A stretch of DNA of 64,000 bases, from contig CAWJBB010000085.1 in assembly GCA_963840855.1 (NCBI GenBank), forward strand, positions 32,001-96,000, written 5' to 3'. This DNA is from an uncultured delta proteobacterium. GTDB lineage: Bacteria; Desulfobacterota; Binatia; UBA9968. Position 1 is the first letter of the stretch. Every line of letters starts with the position of its first letter. Both the position numbers and the translations under genes were made by a program. A model generated the notes under the pieces. That model ran no database searches, had not been told where the DNA came from, and saw only the letters and a program-made list of their open reading frames with translations. Positions 1 through 11,053 of the stretch are shown here, in pieces.

Positions 1-656
1 ATCCAAAGTGCCCGAGGCATCGCTACAGGCCCTCGGACCGTTCGACCAAGAGGGACTGCTTTCCGGCCTCTCGGCAGGGTTTCTATGGAACAACGCAAAC
101 GATCTGCTGAATCCTACCAGCGGCTGGACCCTTTCGTTTGCTGGAGAACAAGTCGGGCGGATTTCTCGGCGGTCGATACGATCTATACAAACTGCAAGGT
201 GAGATCAAAGGGTACTACCCGCTGACCGAAAAGACGGTTTTCGCCTCGCGATTTAAACTGGCGTTCGCAGAGCCGTTGCAGAGCGGCGAGGAGGTGCCGC
301 TCTTCGAACGCTATTACGCCGGCGGCGGCACCAGCGTGCGCGGCTACGGCCGGAGTCGCTTGGGACCTCTCTCTTCCTCTAATGATCCCTTGGGGGGACG
401 AAGCTTGATCGAAGGATCCTTTGAGCTGCGTCGGCAATTTACCGAAAAAATCGGCGGCGCCTTGTTCGTCGATTTTGGACAGGTTTCGTTGCGATCGTTT
501 GACGTACCCGTTGACAATCTAAAGTTCTCGGCCGGCTTTGGCGTGACTTATGCCACGCCCGTTGGACCGTTGCGTCTCGATATTGGCTTTCCCTTCAATC
601 CGCCGCGCGGCGATCGGTCCTGGCAAATCCATTTCAGCTTAGGTCAGGCTTTCTAA
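1..656 (+). CDS. tamA: TamA/BamA (Omp85) family outer-membrane protein, C-terminal part; apparent frameshift near 155
   Basis: ORFs 8..202 and 138..656 join as ...SFAGEQVG/GFLGGRYDLYK...; motifs YYAGGGTSVRGY and TPVGPLRLDIG, C-terminal beta-signal FSLGQAF; directly upstream of tamB. Confidence 0.85.
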
Positions 657-665
657 AGGACAAAT

Positions 666-3600
666 ATGCAAAGAAAACTATGGCGCCGGCTGTCCTGGTC
701 CATCGGCATTTTCTTTTTGCTGGTCCTCGTCACTATCGTTGGGCTGCAATTCTATACTCGCACGCCGCAATTCCGCGCTTTACTGCGTGAAAAAATCTTG
801 GCGGCTGCCAACGATGCGCTGAACGGCGAGATCCAATTCAAAGAGATTACCGGCTCCGTCTGGCGCGATCTCGAGTTCCATGACTTTGCCATCGTACAGA
901 ACGGCGAACGGGTCCTGTCCGCGCCCGTGGTTTCCATCGACGTCGGCCTTTTGGGCCAGGTGATTGCGTACTTCAACTCCTCAACCCTGCGCATCGGGCA
1001 AATCGATATCGCCGGGCTCGATTTGAATCTGGTTCAGGACAAGGACAAAAGTTGGAACCTTGCCAAGCTGGTTAAGCAACCCGAAGAGCCGGAACAGCCC
1101 CTAAACCTGACGATCTTATTGCGCAATATCAATATTAAAGACGGCAAGCTTCAAGCGCGCTTGGCCGACGGCAAACAGGCGCGCATCACCGCCCTTTCTG
1201 GAGATCTCGATATCGATTTGCCGCCTTTGGGCGCCGAGATCAACGTGAACAAACTGGCTTTCGCGCTTTCCTCGGCCGGTGTTCCGGACAGCAACTGGTC
1301 GACGGCGTTGTTGTGGAAACAAAGCGACAAGACTTCTTCGCTCAACCTAAAGCAGCTAAACGTTGCCACGGCGCACTCGCGCGTGAATCTTAGCGGGACA
1401 ATCGACGACATCATCTCCTCGCCCACCACCGATTTGACCATAGATCTCAAGCGGATCGCCGTCAAAGATCTCAAGATGGTATCAGCCGCTCTCCCGTTGC
1501 AAGAGGACATCTCCGGCAGAATCCGCGCAACCGGGCCGCTGTCGGCATTGCAGCTTGCGGTCAATTTGGCAATGCCCAGTGGCCGGATCATCGCCTCCAC
1601 TCTCGCGGATTTGAAAAAAGACAAACCTCAATTGCAGGGGCGTTTGGAGCTCAAAGAATTTGTCGTTGATCGAGTGCTGGCATTACCGGCCATCAAAGGG
1701 AAGATAAATGCGCAGGTCGCGTTTAAAGGCGGCTCTCTCGACGATGCGCAAGTTACATTGCACGGACGCGCGTCAGGCTTGACCTTTCGAGAATGGACCA
1801 TCGGCCAAATGGCGCTCTCCAGTCAACTGCAAAACCGACGGGTCGCTTTCGATGCACGCTCCGAAGAGAAAAATGGCACCGCCGAGCTCAAGGGAGCCGT
1901 GGTGCTGTCGGACACGCCGAGCTACGAAGCCAGCCTTCGGACTCGGGCGTTCGATGTAAAAGGAGTCGCCGCGCTTCAACCCGGACTGCCAGAGGCTAAA
2001 ATCAATCTCGATGCTTGGGTCAAAGGGCGTGGAACAAATCCCGACACCATGGAGGCGGACACGCGGCTTACCTTGGACGGTTCAGTGGTAAACGGCATTC
2101 GGCTCGATCGAGCGCGAGCGGAAGGATCCGTCAGCAAGGGGGTCCTCGCTTTAAAGGAAGTCCGGCTTGCGGCCGACGGTTCGACTCTTGACGCCAGCGG
2201 GACGATCGCTTCCATCGCACAAAATGCCAAAGGTCGACTCACTTATGTTCTCGACTCGAAGGATATTCGTCCCTGGTTGAAGCTCGCCGGAATCGACGCC
2301 GGCGGCGGTCTCAGAGCCGATGGCACCATCGCCGGTTCATTGCAAACGCCGCAGCTCGACGGCAAGGCGAGCTTCAATCAGTTGCAGATGGCGGCTCATC
2401 GGGTGCAGAGCGGCGCGCTTCGATGGACGCTCGCCGGCTCGCGCGGCAATTCCTGGCAGGGCAAAATCGACCTCACCGCGCAACATGTGACCGCCGGTAT
2501 CTCACTGACGAGCCTCGAAGCGCACGTGAACGTGGACGGAACCCGCCCGGTCGCGCTCAACGCCGCGATCGTGGCCCGCGACGTCGACCAGCGCGTGCAA
2601 CGCGTGAACGCCCGCGTGACCCAGGCCGGCGGGCGCAGCGAAATTATGCTGCGCCAATTGAGCCTGCAGCTGCCCGACGGTACCTGGCGCAACGTCAGAC
2701 CCGCTCATCTCTTCGTCGCAGGAAAAAACGTTAACATCGATGATTTCGTTTTGCAGCGTGAAGCACGAACTTTAGATATCAAAGGAGCTGTCGGAGTCGA
2801 GGGGCCGCAAGATCTTTCGGTTCGGATGAACGGTTTTTCCCTCGCCGATCTCCGCCCCTATTGGAAAACCGCGCCGGATGTTACGGGAAGCTTGAATTTG
2901 ACGCTGCAGGTCAAGGGCACGGCAAGCCAACCATTGATCGACACAACCATGAACGTCGATAAATTGAGCGTCGCGGGTCAGACCTATGCCGGTCTCACGG
3001 CACGGAGCTCCTATCAGAACGAGCGTCTCAACGTCGAACTTCGCCTGCTGCAGGACAACGTCCATCGACTTAATGTTAACGGAATGCTGCCGGTATACCT
3101 CGGGTGGGGCGGAGATCGATCGATAGCGGTGACCGGAGATACCAATTTGCGGATTCAATCGGACGCATTGAGCCCCACGTTCGCGGGCGCCTTCAGCAAA
3201 GAGATCGACAACCTCAAGGGCAATCTGAGCATGGACATTGTTCTGCGTGGCCCGCTGCAAGCTCTTGCGCCCAATGGAACCATCCAGTTTCAAAACGGCG
3301 GCGTCAGGGTCCGTCCTCTCGGGCTGTCGCTGAGCGACATTGGTTTGCAGGCCAATCTGACTCCGGGAGCGATCCAGATAAGTCACTTCACCGTGCGATC
3401 CGGCAGCGGACAACTGAGCGGAACGGGACGGCTCGCGATCAAGGACAGTAGCATCACCGATATCGCAGCCAATCTAAAAACTCAGGATTTCCAGGTGATG
3501 AACACGCAGGGGTACAATGCCAACGCATCGGGAAGTCTAACGGCGTCAGGGAATCTTCAAAAGCCCGTTGTTCGCGGCGATCTAACCGTAAAAGGCACTT

Positions 3601-4476
3601 TGCGTCCGGATATGGGGATGCTGAAAGGCGGTGGAAAGGCCGCCCAGGATAAAACCATCGTGGTTGTCCGAAACGAGAGTGAGCTGTCCGCGCAAGCGGC
3701 AGGAGCGACTGAAAAAGACAGCAGCGGAAAAAGCAGCTCCGGTTCACCAGAAGAAGACTCGCTTTTTCAACGGCTGCGCCTCGATGTGGCGGCCGGAATA
3801 TCGCGAGGTACTTGGATCTACCTGGACGAAGGTTCGGTCGAAGTGACGGGACAGCTAAGAATCAAAAAAGAGCCCAACGAAACAATTGACGGTCGCCGGC
3901 AACGTACAGGGCTCCCATGGTTGGTATTCGTTTCAGGGTCGCAGGTTTCAGATGGAAAAAGCAGAACTGCACTTTACGGGAGGAAGTCAAATCGATCCCA
4001 GCCTGGACATCATCGCCCGCTCCAAGGTCTCGCAGTACGAGGTTGATCTGGTGATCGGTGGCTACGCGAGCAAACCGACCCTTACGTTGCGCAGCGACCC
4101 GTCGCTAGAGCAGGCCGAAATTCTCTCCGTGCTGTTGTTCGGCAAACGGACGACAGATCTTGGTCAGGGCGAAAAGAACACGCTGCAGAACCAGGCGTTG
4201 AAAACAGCCGCGAACTTTATCAGCTCTGACTTGCGGCAATCCGTCGCCGGCAAGCTCGGCGTGGACACCCTCGATTTCGGCGTCGGTGACGACGGCGCAG
4301 AAGTGTCAGCGGGAAAATATGTCACGCAAGATGTGTTCGTCTCGACCAAGATCGGCGGCGAAAAGCAGCAGGAATATGCCGTCGAATACGACATCTCGCC
4401 CAACTGGCAAATCAAAAGCTCGACCAACCCTGAAGGCAACAGCGGGGTCGACATTTTCTGGCGCAAGCGGTATTAA
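666..4476 (+). CDS. tamB: Translocation and assembly module TamB (DUF490); apparent frameshift near 3882
   Basis: N-terminal TM anchor and long beta-taco-like region; ORF 3886..4476 supplies the DUF490 C-terminus (PSLDIIA, LSVLLFG, GKYVT, GVDIFWRKRY); removing one A at GAAACAATTG restores the frame. Confidence 0.88.
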
Positions 4477-4505
4477 GTTTCCCCGCTCGCAGGTCCGGCA
4501 CTCCG

Positions 4506-4556
4506 AAGCCCCGCTTCCAAGTCTTCAATGATTTCCTGGGCGACGACTTCGGGGTC
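4506..4556 (-). pseudogene. Short remnant of an hsdM 3' end (motif B)
   Basis: Minus strand reads DPEVVAQEIIEDLEAGL vs APDIIAAEIMEDLQAAL in the hsdM tail at ~16020-16070; shared DNA CAAGTCTTC(A/C)ATGATTTC. Confidence 0.75.
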
Positions 4557-4566
4557 GCCTTTCGCT

Positions 4567-5346
4567 TCAGGAACTCCCGGCCGCTGCGATCTTATCGGTC
4601 ACCGGCGCGTCGCTTGCGGCTTTGGTTTGGCCACCGCGCTGCCGAGTACGCCACATATCCAGATAGTCCAGCACCTCCTGCAGCGCCACGACATCGGCAT
4701 ATTTTTGATTCATGTCGAAGAGATTCATGGCGTGAGTCGTCTCATGTCGATCGAACACGCACTCCTCGACAACCATCATACGGAAACGATAGGTGCATCC
4801 ATCAACAACGCTCGCGCGCACGCAACCGCTCGTGCTCTCGCCGCAAGCAATGATCGTATCAACGTGAAGCGCGTTAAGGTGCCCGATCAACGGGGTGCCC
4901 CAGAATGCGCTTGGCCCAGCCTTGCGCAGAACCGTTTCACCCGAAAGCGGCTCTACTTCGTCAATAATTTCATAACGGCGCGTGAAACGGTCCCGCGCTT
5001 CAGGGTCTCTATTCGCCTGAAGCTCCGACTCGCGCTGAGGCGAGCGCGGCGCCACGCCGGCGCCGTCCAGGCCGGTCGTGTGGACGACCGGAATACCCAC
5101 CTCACGTGACTTGGCTAGCAGTTTTTGAATCTGCGGGATGGCGCTCCAGCCCTCCAAGCCGCAGCTACTCGGCCATTTTTTCATCGCTTCCAAAATCGGT
5201 TCAGGTTTATCCCCGAATACCCACCGATAAAGATCTATGAGGAGCAATGCGGGCTTCTCGCCGAAACCACGCCGGCGCGGCGGCCGCATCGCTAAATGAG
5301 CGCGGTCGCGCTCAGTTAGATACTGGTCCCAAACTCGCTGTGCCAT
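4567..5346 (-). CDS. Isochorismatase-family cysteine hydrolase (N-carbamoylsarcosine/maleamate amidohydrolase-like)
   Basis: ALLLID, K..PSAFWGT, GESTSGCVRAS catalytic motifs. Confidence 0.9.
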   Translation of the reverse strand: MAQRVWDQYLTERDRAHLAMRPPRRRGFGEKPALLLIDLYRWVFGDKPEPILEAMKKWPSSCGLEGWSAIPQIQKLLAKSREVGIPVVHTTGLDGAGVAPRSPQRESELQANRDPEARDRFTRRYEIIDEVEPLSGETVLRKAGPSAFWGTPLIGHLNALHVDTIIACGESTSGCVRASVVDGCTYRFRMMVVEECVFDRHETTHAMNLFDMNQKYADVVALQEVLDYLDMWRTRQRGGQTKAASDAPVTDKIAAAGSS

Positions 5347-5429
5347 AAAACACCTCCATGTTTATTTTGTAGTAGATAACATGACTATTTCTTGAAGCTT
5401 TTGCAAAATAGCCTGGCACTCTCGTCTCC

Positions 5430-6317
5430 CTACGGGAGGCCCGCCAATTGCCTCGGGTTGCGTCGGGCCATGTAGTCCACCTCTTCCGGCGCCATGCCGT
5501 GGTTCAGCAAGGTCGCAATGAACATCCGTAAACCCTCCGGTGGCGGCGGCGTGGCATAAGCGCCGAAATCGGTGCTGATGATGCATCGCTCAGGGCCGAT
5601 TTCCCGGATTGCCTCTACCGTTTCCTTCGGAGTGGAGGTTTTGGCGCGGGTGAAGGGCATCATCGAAACGAAAGTGTGTTCAACGGTAGCGCCGAGATCC
5701 GCCAACTGTTTGGCTTCTGCGACCGTGTAACGGCAAGAATTCTTCGACAGCGGGTGATTGGCGATGATCCGTTCGATCCCCTTCTCCCTGGCCGCCTTCA
5801 CAATGGCCGAAGCCTCGGGAAACGACACGTGACCGGTGCCCAGGAGCATGTCATAACGCAACACCAAATCGAGAATTTCATGGACCTCGGGTAGCAGCTT
5901 GCCTTCGGCGTCAAGGACGTAAATCCCCTTATCGTCGCCCCGGCCGCCTTCGACGAGCGTGCTGTTGTGATGAGCGGCATGATGCGTGGGAAACCAGAGA
6001 ATGCGCGCCCCAAGCTCACCGGCCATGCGCACCGCGTGGGGGTTCAATCCGCCGACCGTCTTGTTGAGCGTAATTCCGCCGAGGAGCGTAATTCCAGAGA
6101 CCATGCGGCTCGCCAGGCTTGCCAAGGATGCGGTCACCTGTTGGTGGCTCTTGCAAGCCACCGCCGGTTGCCCTGCGGCTTTGGCCATTTCGCCCACCTG
6201 TGCGACGTCGTAGCGGCGGGTCCCGCCCGCGCGGTGGGAAGGATCCGGACCCACGTGTACATGAAGATCAATAGAACCGACGAGCAGGTCATCAATGATA
6301 GTGTCTTTGTACGTCAC
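5430..6317 (-). CDS. Metal-dependent TIM-barrel hydrolase-like protein (DUF6282-type)
   Basis: IDLHVHVGPD, KSH, GGLNP, GTGHVS, STDFG, RNP motifs. Confidence 0.75.
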   Translation of the reverse strand: MTYKDTIIDDLLVGSIDLHVHVGPDPSHRAGGTRRYDVAQVGEMAKAAGQPAVACKSHQQVTASLASLASRMVSGITLLGGITLNKTVGGLNPHAVRMAGELGARILWFPTHHAAHHNSTLVEGGRGDDKGIYVLDAEGKLLPEVHEILDLVLRYDMLLGTGHVSFPEASAIVKAAREKGIERIIANHPLSKNSCRYTVAEAKQLADLGATVEHTFVSMMPFTRAKTSTPKETVEAIREIGPERCIISTDFGAYATPPPPEGLRMFIATLLNHGMAPEEVDYMARRNPRQLAGLP

Positions 6318-6361
6318 GCGGGTCTCCTTTCAGTCGCGCCTATTTCGATTCGCTCTATACA

Positions 6362-7537
6362 TCAGCTTAGAATTCGTTCCCCGTAAAGTTTAACGGCGTT
6401 ATCCCACAGAATTTTGCGCTTCGCTTCTTCCGGTATCGGTTGCGCGTCAAATTCCGGCAGCGCTTTCGCCGGTTCGATGCCGTCGAGATGCGGATAGTCG
6501 GTGTTCCACACAATGTTCTCCCCTTTGAGGTGTGCCACCGCATAAGGCAATCCGCTTTCATCGCTATCGCAGGCCACCGTGCATTGGCGCAGAAAATATT
6601 CGCTCGGCAACATCGTTAGACTTTTTGGCTTTCCCATGACGCTATAGCGGCCATGGGAATGGGCGTCCATTCGTCCGAGCCAGAACGGGAGCCAACCGGC
6701 GTTGGATTCCAAAATCGCCAGGCGGAGCTTGGGATACCGCTCGAGAATACCGGTGAATATGAAATGGCCCATGGTCGCCATGTTGTCGCAGGGAAAACCG
6801 ATGGCGTGGTCCACGGATCGCAGGGCTTGAAAATCATGAACCTCGCCACCGTCTTCCGCTTGCTCGACTTCTCGGAATCCTCTGAAAGGTTGCACGCGGT
6901 AACGCGACTCACCATGGACGGCAACGGGAAAGTTCAATTCGCAGGCTAATTGCCAAAGGGCGTTGTACGCTTTCTCGTGCAACCACTTGCCGCGGGGCAA
7001 TAACGGGTTCCTGACGGATACTGCGCCGAGCTCCGCCACTGCCCGGCGCGCCTCCCTGACAATTTCGTCGACGTCCGCGCCCGGCACCACCGCGATGAAG
7101 TGCAGCCGCTTAGGATTCACACTGCAGTAATCATGGGCCCAATTGTTATAGGCCCGGCAATAGGCCGCGCCAAGTTCCGCGTCCTTGAGGGCCACCGTGC
7201 AACCGAAGTTGCCGTTGCTCCCCGTGGGCAAAAGAACCTGGATATCCCACCCGTGACGGTCCATGTCCTTGAGTCTTGTTTCCGGCGCCCACCATGTGCG
7301 ATAGGCCTCGCCGTACTTCTCTTCCATGATTTTAAACGACTCCGGCGGCGGACCCTTAACCTGTTTTTCGTCCTTTGGGATAATCTTTCCATCCGGCTCA
7401 TAGATCATGAATGTCCCGTTCATATGAGCCACTCTGGGAGCGCGCTTCCGATACTTCGATTCCAGATAGCGATCCCACATGTCTTGCGGTTCATGCATAT
7501 GAGCGTCGGCATCGATGACTTTAAATCCTTTCCACAT
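6362..7537 (-). CDS. Amidohydrolase family protein (Amidohydro_2)
   Basis: IDADAHMHE, YNNW, AVHG, LESNAGW, TDYPH, NA..LY motifs. Confidence 0.9.
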   Translation of the reverse strand: MWKGFKVIDADAHMHEPQDMWDRYLESKYRKRAPRVAHMNGTFMIYEPDGKIIPKDEKQVKGPPPESFKIMEEKYGEAYRTWWAPETRLKDMDRHGWDIQVLLPTGSNGNFGCTVALKDAELGAAYCRAYNNWAHDYCSVNPKRLHFIAVVPGADVDEIVREARRAVAELGAVSVRNPLLPRGKWLHEKAYNALWQLACELNFPVAVHGESRYRVQPFRGFREVEQAEDGGEVHDFQALRSVDHAIGFPCDNMATMGHFIFTGILERYPKLRLAILESNAGWLPFWLGRMDAHSHGRYSVMGKPKSLTMLPSEYFLRQCTVACDSDESGLPYAVAHLKGENIVWNTDYPHLDGIEPAKALPEFDAQPIPEEAKRKILWDNAVKLYGERILS

Positions 7538-7782
7538 AACCAGCTCCTTTTCCGTCGCCCGTTGTCACACGTTATTCGCATCCAACTTATGCCAATTCGA
7601 GTCCGACAGGCAAATCCCGGGAGACTTACGGGTGAATCACGACCGGGGCAAGATTTTTTAGTCGAGAACTGCGCGAGCGGGAAGTCGTAGAATTTTTTCA
7701 GGATCTTGATCTGAAAAAGGTCGAGTCATTCGGGGAAAGCAAACAACCACCGGCGTTCGTCGATACGTGATGTCTTCCCTGC

Positions 7783-8238
7783 TCAACTATTTAGGAGGCC
7801 CACTTGTCGAAGCACACTCGCGTGGTCCCAATAGATTCGCTCACAAGCGAGTTTATCGCCACGAAACTGCGCGACCACGACGACATCAACGACGATCTTC
7901 CTCTGGGTCGGGGCTAGGTTTGGCAAAAACCACGGCATTGGCTTGCTATGAGTAAAACTAAGTCGCAATTCATCGACGAGTTGTCCCTCACCGACTACAC
8001 GGTTGATCGCCACCATTTCCAGATCATCGGGCCATGAAGGAATAAAGTCGTCCCGATAGAAGCGCCGCAACGCATTTTTTCCCCGGCCGCCCGTATTTAC
8101 AGGCATGTGGTTGACATAAGCGTCGTCCACCATCGTGGCCAGGGTCGCTTCCACATCTTTGCTATCGAACTCTCCTTTCAGGTGTTCCGCCCACCGCTGC
8201 TCCAGCTGTTGAGGAGAGAGAACTTCTTGCTCGGTCAT
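7783..8238 (-). CDS. SnoaL/NTF2-like ester-cyclase family protein
   Basis: H..GEF..KDVEATLATM, YVNHMP, ERIYWD; start moved to ATG 8238 behind an AAGGAG RBS. Confidence 0.85.
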   Translation of the reverse strand: MTEQEVLSPQQLEQRWAEHLKGEFDSKDVEATLATMVDDAYVNHMPVNTGGRGKNALRRFYRDDFIPSWPDDLEMVAINRVVGEGQLVDELRLSFTHSKPMPWFLPNLAPTQRKIVVDVVVVAQFRGDKLACERIYWDHASVLRQVGLLNS

Positions 8239-8338
8239 CTTTTGCTCCTTCCACGGGATGGCGCCGTCAATCAATTGCTCGTTTTCCTGGACAGAAAGTC
8301 TCAAGGAAACCTTATAGTTACCTTATTATTCCTAAACC

Positions 8339-8384
8339 ATTTCACGAATTTCTCGAGGGCAACTTCGCGGTCTTCGACCCCTCG
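8339..8384 (-). pseudogene. Degenerate hsdM 3' remnant (motif B)
   Basis: Minus strand GTCGAAGACCGCGAAGTTGCCCTCGAGAAATTCGTGAAAT reads VEDREVALEKF vs VEDLEAALEQF of the copy at 10913-11011. Confidence 0.6.
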
Positions 8385-8488
8385 ACGTGTTCTCGGCCTG
8401 GCCCCGATGCCGCGAGAAACGCGCATCGCAAAGTCTTTGTGCTCTGACGACCGCATCGGCAAGCGAACTCTCGACGGTTTCGCGCCCT

Positions 8489-8974
8489 TTATCCCGCTCT
8501 GTTCGTCATCAGATCCCAACCCTCTTTGATGGGCACATCAAGCGAGCCATCAGGTTTGATCCGGGTGTATTCCGTTTCGATCTTAGTAAAGCGCAAACTT
8601 ACTTGATCTGTCGGCGGATCACCAGAAGGGACACTAGCAGCGGTCTGGTATGACGCCACGGTGATATCAGTCAGCGTCCATTTGAGAAATTCAACCGGGT
8701 TCCCGCCGGAGTGACGCACGGTGAGAACAGCGTTTTTGATGCGCGTTCCATTGGCGCAGGCCAGAAATAGTTTTGGCGACGCCCTATTCACGTGCATAGT
8801 AAAATGAAAGTCCTGCATCGTTACGCTGCCTGCGGCGGCACCAGCTCCGCTGCCCGCTACTGCGGGCTGTGACTCACCCCACGTATAGGCAAGAACATCG
8901 ATTTCGTCGCTGTGGTGGGTATCCGTCGATTCGCCCTGGATTCCGTCAATTTTAAGAAACATGTCGATAGCCAT
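8489..8974 (-). CDS. hcp: Type VI secretion tube protein Hcp (orphan)
   Basis: MAIDMFLKIDGIQGES...EIDVLAYTWG, ASPKLFLACANG, GWDL; GGAGG RBS before ATG 8974. Confidence 0.93.
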   Translation of the reverse strand: MAIDMFLKIDGIQGESTDTHHSDEIDVLAYTWGESQPAVAGSGAGAAAGSVTMQDFHFTMHVNRASPKLFLACANGTRIKNAVLTVRHSGGNPVEFLKWTLTDITVASYQTAASVPSGDPPTDQVSLRFTKIETEYTRIKPDGSLDVPIKEGWDLMTNRAG

Positions 8975-9001
8975 TTGAGCCTCCGGCAACTAACTCCGAA
9001 T

Positions 9002-9084
9002 TCAAGGTTAATTTGTCGCCCTCATCTGCATAACGCTGTCAATCGGCTTTCGTCTCTGGCCTGGAAAATCTCCAGGCGGGCCTT
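9002..9084 (-). pseudogene. Degenerate hsdM 3' remnant(s) (motif A)
   Basis: 9045-9084 reads KARLEIFQARDES vs KVNLDIFWLKDES; 9002-9019 GCGACAAATTAACCTTGA vs hsdM GCGACAAGGTTAACCTCGA. Confidence 0.6.
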
Positions 9085-9156
9085 CTGGTCTTTTGTTTGG
9101 AACTTCAAAAACTCTGAATGTCCTCTTTTCTCGCTCTCGAGCCATGGTGGCGAACT

Positions 9157-9447
9157 CTAGGGTCGGTTTCGATCTTCCATGTCGTCGGGGGACGAGGGTT
9201 TGTCCGGCGGAGGTGGCGTATTTTTCGGTTGAGGCAGATTTGACTTGGGATTTCGCAGTTGACGTAAATACTCCGCCCTGGATGGAAACGATTTCCCTGC
9301 ATAGGGGCCTTGATGGCAGTGATAGTTTCCTTGCTTCGGATCGCTGTGGCAACCGTAGCCATCGACAAGACCGCCGTGCGCATCAGCGATACCCGGAGTC
9401 AAAAACAGAAGTCCAAAGAACTGCAGGAGCACAAGTAGTGATGTCAT
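9157..9447 (-). CDS. Small secreted His/Cys-rich protein (YHYH-domain-like)
   Basis: Signal peptide followed by HGGLVDGYGCHSDPKQGNYHCH. Confidence 0.75.
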   Translation of the reverse strand: MTSLLVLLQFFGLLFLTPGIADAHGGLVDGYGCHSDPKQGNYHCHQGPYAGKSFPSRAEYLRQLRNPKSNLPQPKNTPPPPDKPSSPDDMEDRNRP

Positions 9448-9494
9448 TGGAAAGCCTCTCCCCGACTAGGAATCAAAGTTCCCTTTAATTTTCA

Positions 9495-9698
<204 letters not shown>

Positions 9699-9740
9699 TC
9701 AAAGTTTTCAACGGCTTGAACCGTCAGTTTCTTAGCCGCA

Positions 9741-9782
9741 GTTGGATTCTTCGAGGCGTTCGTCTCGGAGCTGGAGGAAGTC
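9741..9782 (-). pseudogene. Degenerate hsdM 3' remnant (motif A)
   Basis: Reads DFLQLRDERLEESN vs DIFWLKDESLEDSAN. Confidence 0.65.
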
Positions 9783-9832
9783 GTCGTGGTTTCCGACCAG
9801 AAAATCAGAACGTCCCCGTTTCTTCTCCTTCC

Positions 9833-10456
9833 CTATTTACCTCTTAAGTCAACCCCGGAGACCTCTGACAATGCTTCATCAGTGCGACGCTCAATTACCG
9901 CGGGATCATCTGTCTCACCTTTTGAGAAAACAATTTTCGCAGCCATCCGGAAATCAGCTTCTAATCGATCCTCCGAAGCGGTCCGATTTTGACGAGGACC
10001 TTCACGATCGAGCGTGATAGCCCCCTGCCAAGCAGGTAAATTAGCAGCAATAGCCCCTATTCGTACACCTATGTAAAGAAGGATCGATTCCGCGATCGAA
10101 CAGCCACCAGCACGGCATGCGTGGTAAAACATGCGGTCCGCTGCGCGGCGCGCTTTCCCGTCTCCTCCCGCCTCATCGCAGGCTTTGTCGTGCACAATAG
10201 AAGCACGGCGATAGTCTCCCGTGTAGGGTGAACCGACCAAAGTCCAAAGCGCTCGCGGGATCGAAGCTCCGTCCACCGCGTACTCTGATGGAACGAACCA
10301 CTCTTTTTTCTTCGGATCCCGAAACCAAAACGGCTTCAATAAGCACATGCGGCGATCCGTCTCCGCTTCGGTTAACCAAACGGTTTCAGGGTCTCCGGAG
10401 AAGCTGCCGTGGTTGAATTTTGCTTTTCGTTTGGAACGCACAGAGGCGCGATTCAT
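9833..10456 (-). CDS. DUF1353 domain protein
   Basis: DGASIPRALW..GSPY.G.YRRASIVHD..C, ADRMF, LYIGVRIG. Confidence 0.85.
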   Translation of the reverse strand: MNRASVRSKRKAKFNHGSFSGDPETVWLTEAETDRRMCLLKPFWFRDPKKKEWFVPSEYAVDGASIPRALWTLVGSPYTGDYRRASIVHDKACDEAGGDGKARRAADRMFYHACRAGGCSIAESILLYIGVRIGAIAANLPAWQGAITLDREGPRQNRTASEDRLEADFRMAAKIVFSKGETDDPAVIERRTDEALSEVSGVDLRGK

Positions 10457-10534
10457 CCTCGTCTCCTCAAGCTATGCTTATTGAGATCACCTCGTTTTAT
10501 TACCTCACGCAGAATAGCAAATCTACGACCAGGC

Positions 10535-10888
10535 CTAACGCGCTCCTGCTGCGAAGTCGCTTTCTTTAATGAATCGCCATCCCGCCAAACCGGCTGCTCC
10601 CTCGTCGTCGGATGCGCCGCTTACGCCTTTGATGTTTCCGACCATAATGTAATCGTCCGCGAGTATGTAAGTTTTCAGCTGGTTTAGAAAAACATCCTTC
10701 GACATTTCCATCGGGCCAATGAAGCTAAAAATACGGTGCCACAACGGCACCGATTGAACTACCACGGCCCAGTTGCCGTTCAGACCGACGATGTGTCCTT
10801 GTGGTTTGAGGCTGCCAACGCTGGCAATACTAATCGGGCCACCGGAAACTTCCAGTGTGTCATCGACATCAAATGCATAGATCTTCAT
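10535..10888 (-). CDS. Small HAD-like hypothetical protein
   Basis: N-terminal YAFDVDDTL (DxD motif), VGN..G.SDD..AA..AGWRFI. Confidence 0.7.
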   Translation of the reverse strand: MKIYAFDVDDTLEVSGGPISIASVGSLKPQGHIVGLNGNWAVVVQSVPLWHRIFSFIGPMEMSKDVFLNQLKTYILADDYIMVGNIKGVSGASDDEGAAGLAGWRFIKESDFAAGAR

Positions 10889-10912
10889 TGTCGTAGGGCT
10901 CGGCTGGATTTC

Positions 10913-11011
10913 CTATGTTTCTTGGAGACTCACGCGTTCTCCACTCATGTCAGTCGCGATCTTACGGAATTGTTCGAGAGCGGCTTCAAGGTCTTCGACG
11001 ATCTCCTCGGC
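10913..11011 (-). pseudogene. hsdM C-terminal remnant (motif B, with stop codon)
   Basis: In frame: AEEIVEDLEAALEQFRKIATDMSGERVSLQET* vs AAEIMEDLQAALEQFSEIAGDF of the main hsdM. Confidence 0.85.
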
Positions 11012-11053
11012 GCGGTTAAAACGTTGACGTCGTCAACCGCGTAACTTCGGACC

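Noticed and set aside
8489-8974. Type VI secretion locus
   Set aside because: Only hcp is present; no structural T6SS genes in the window
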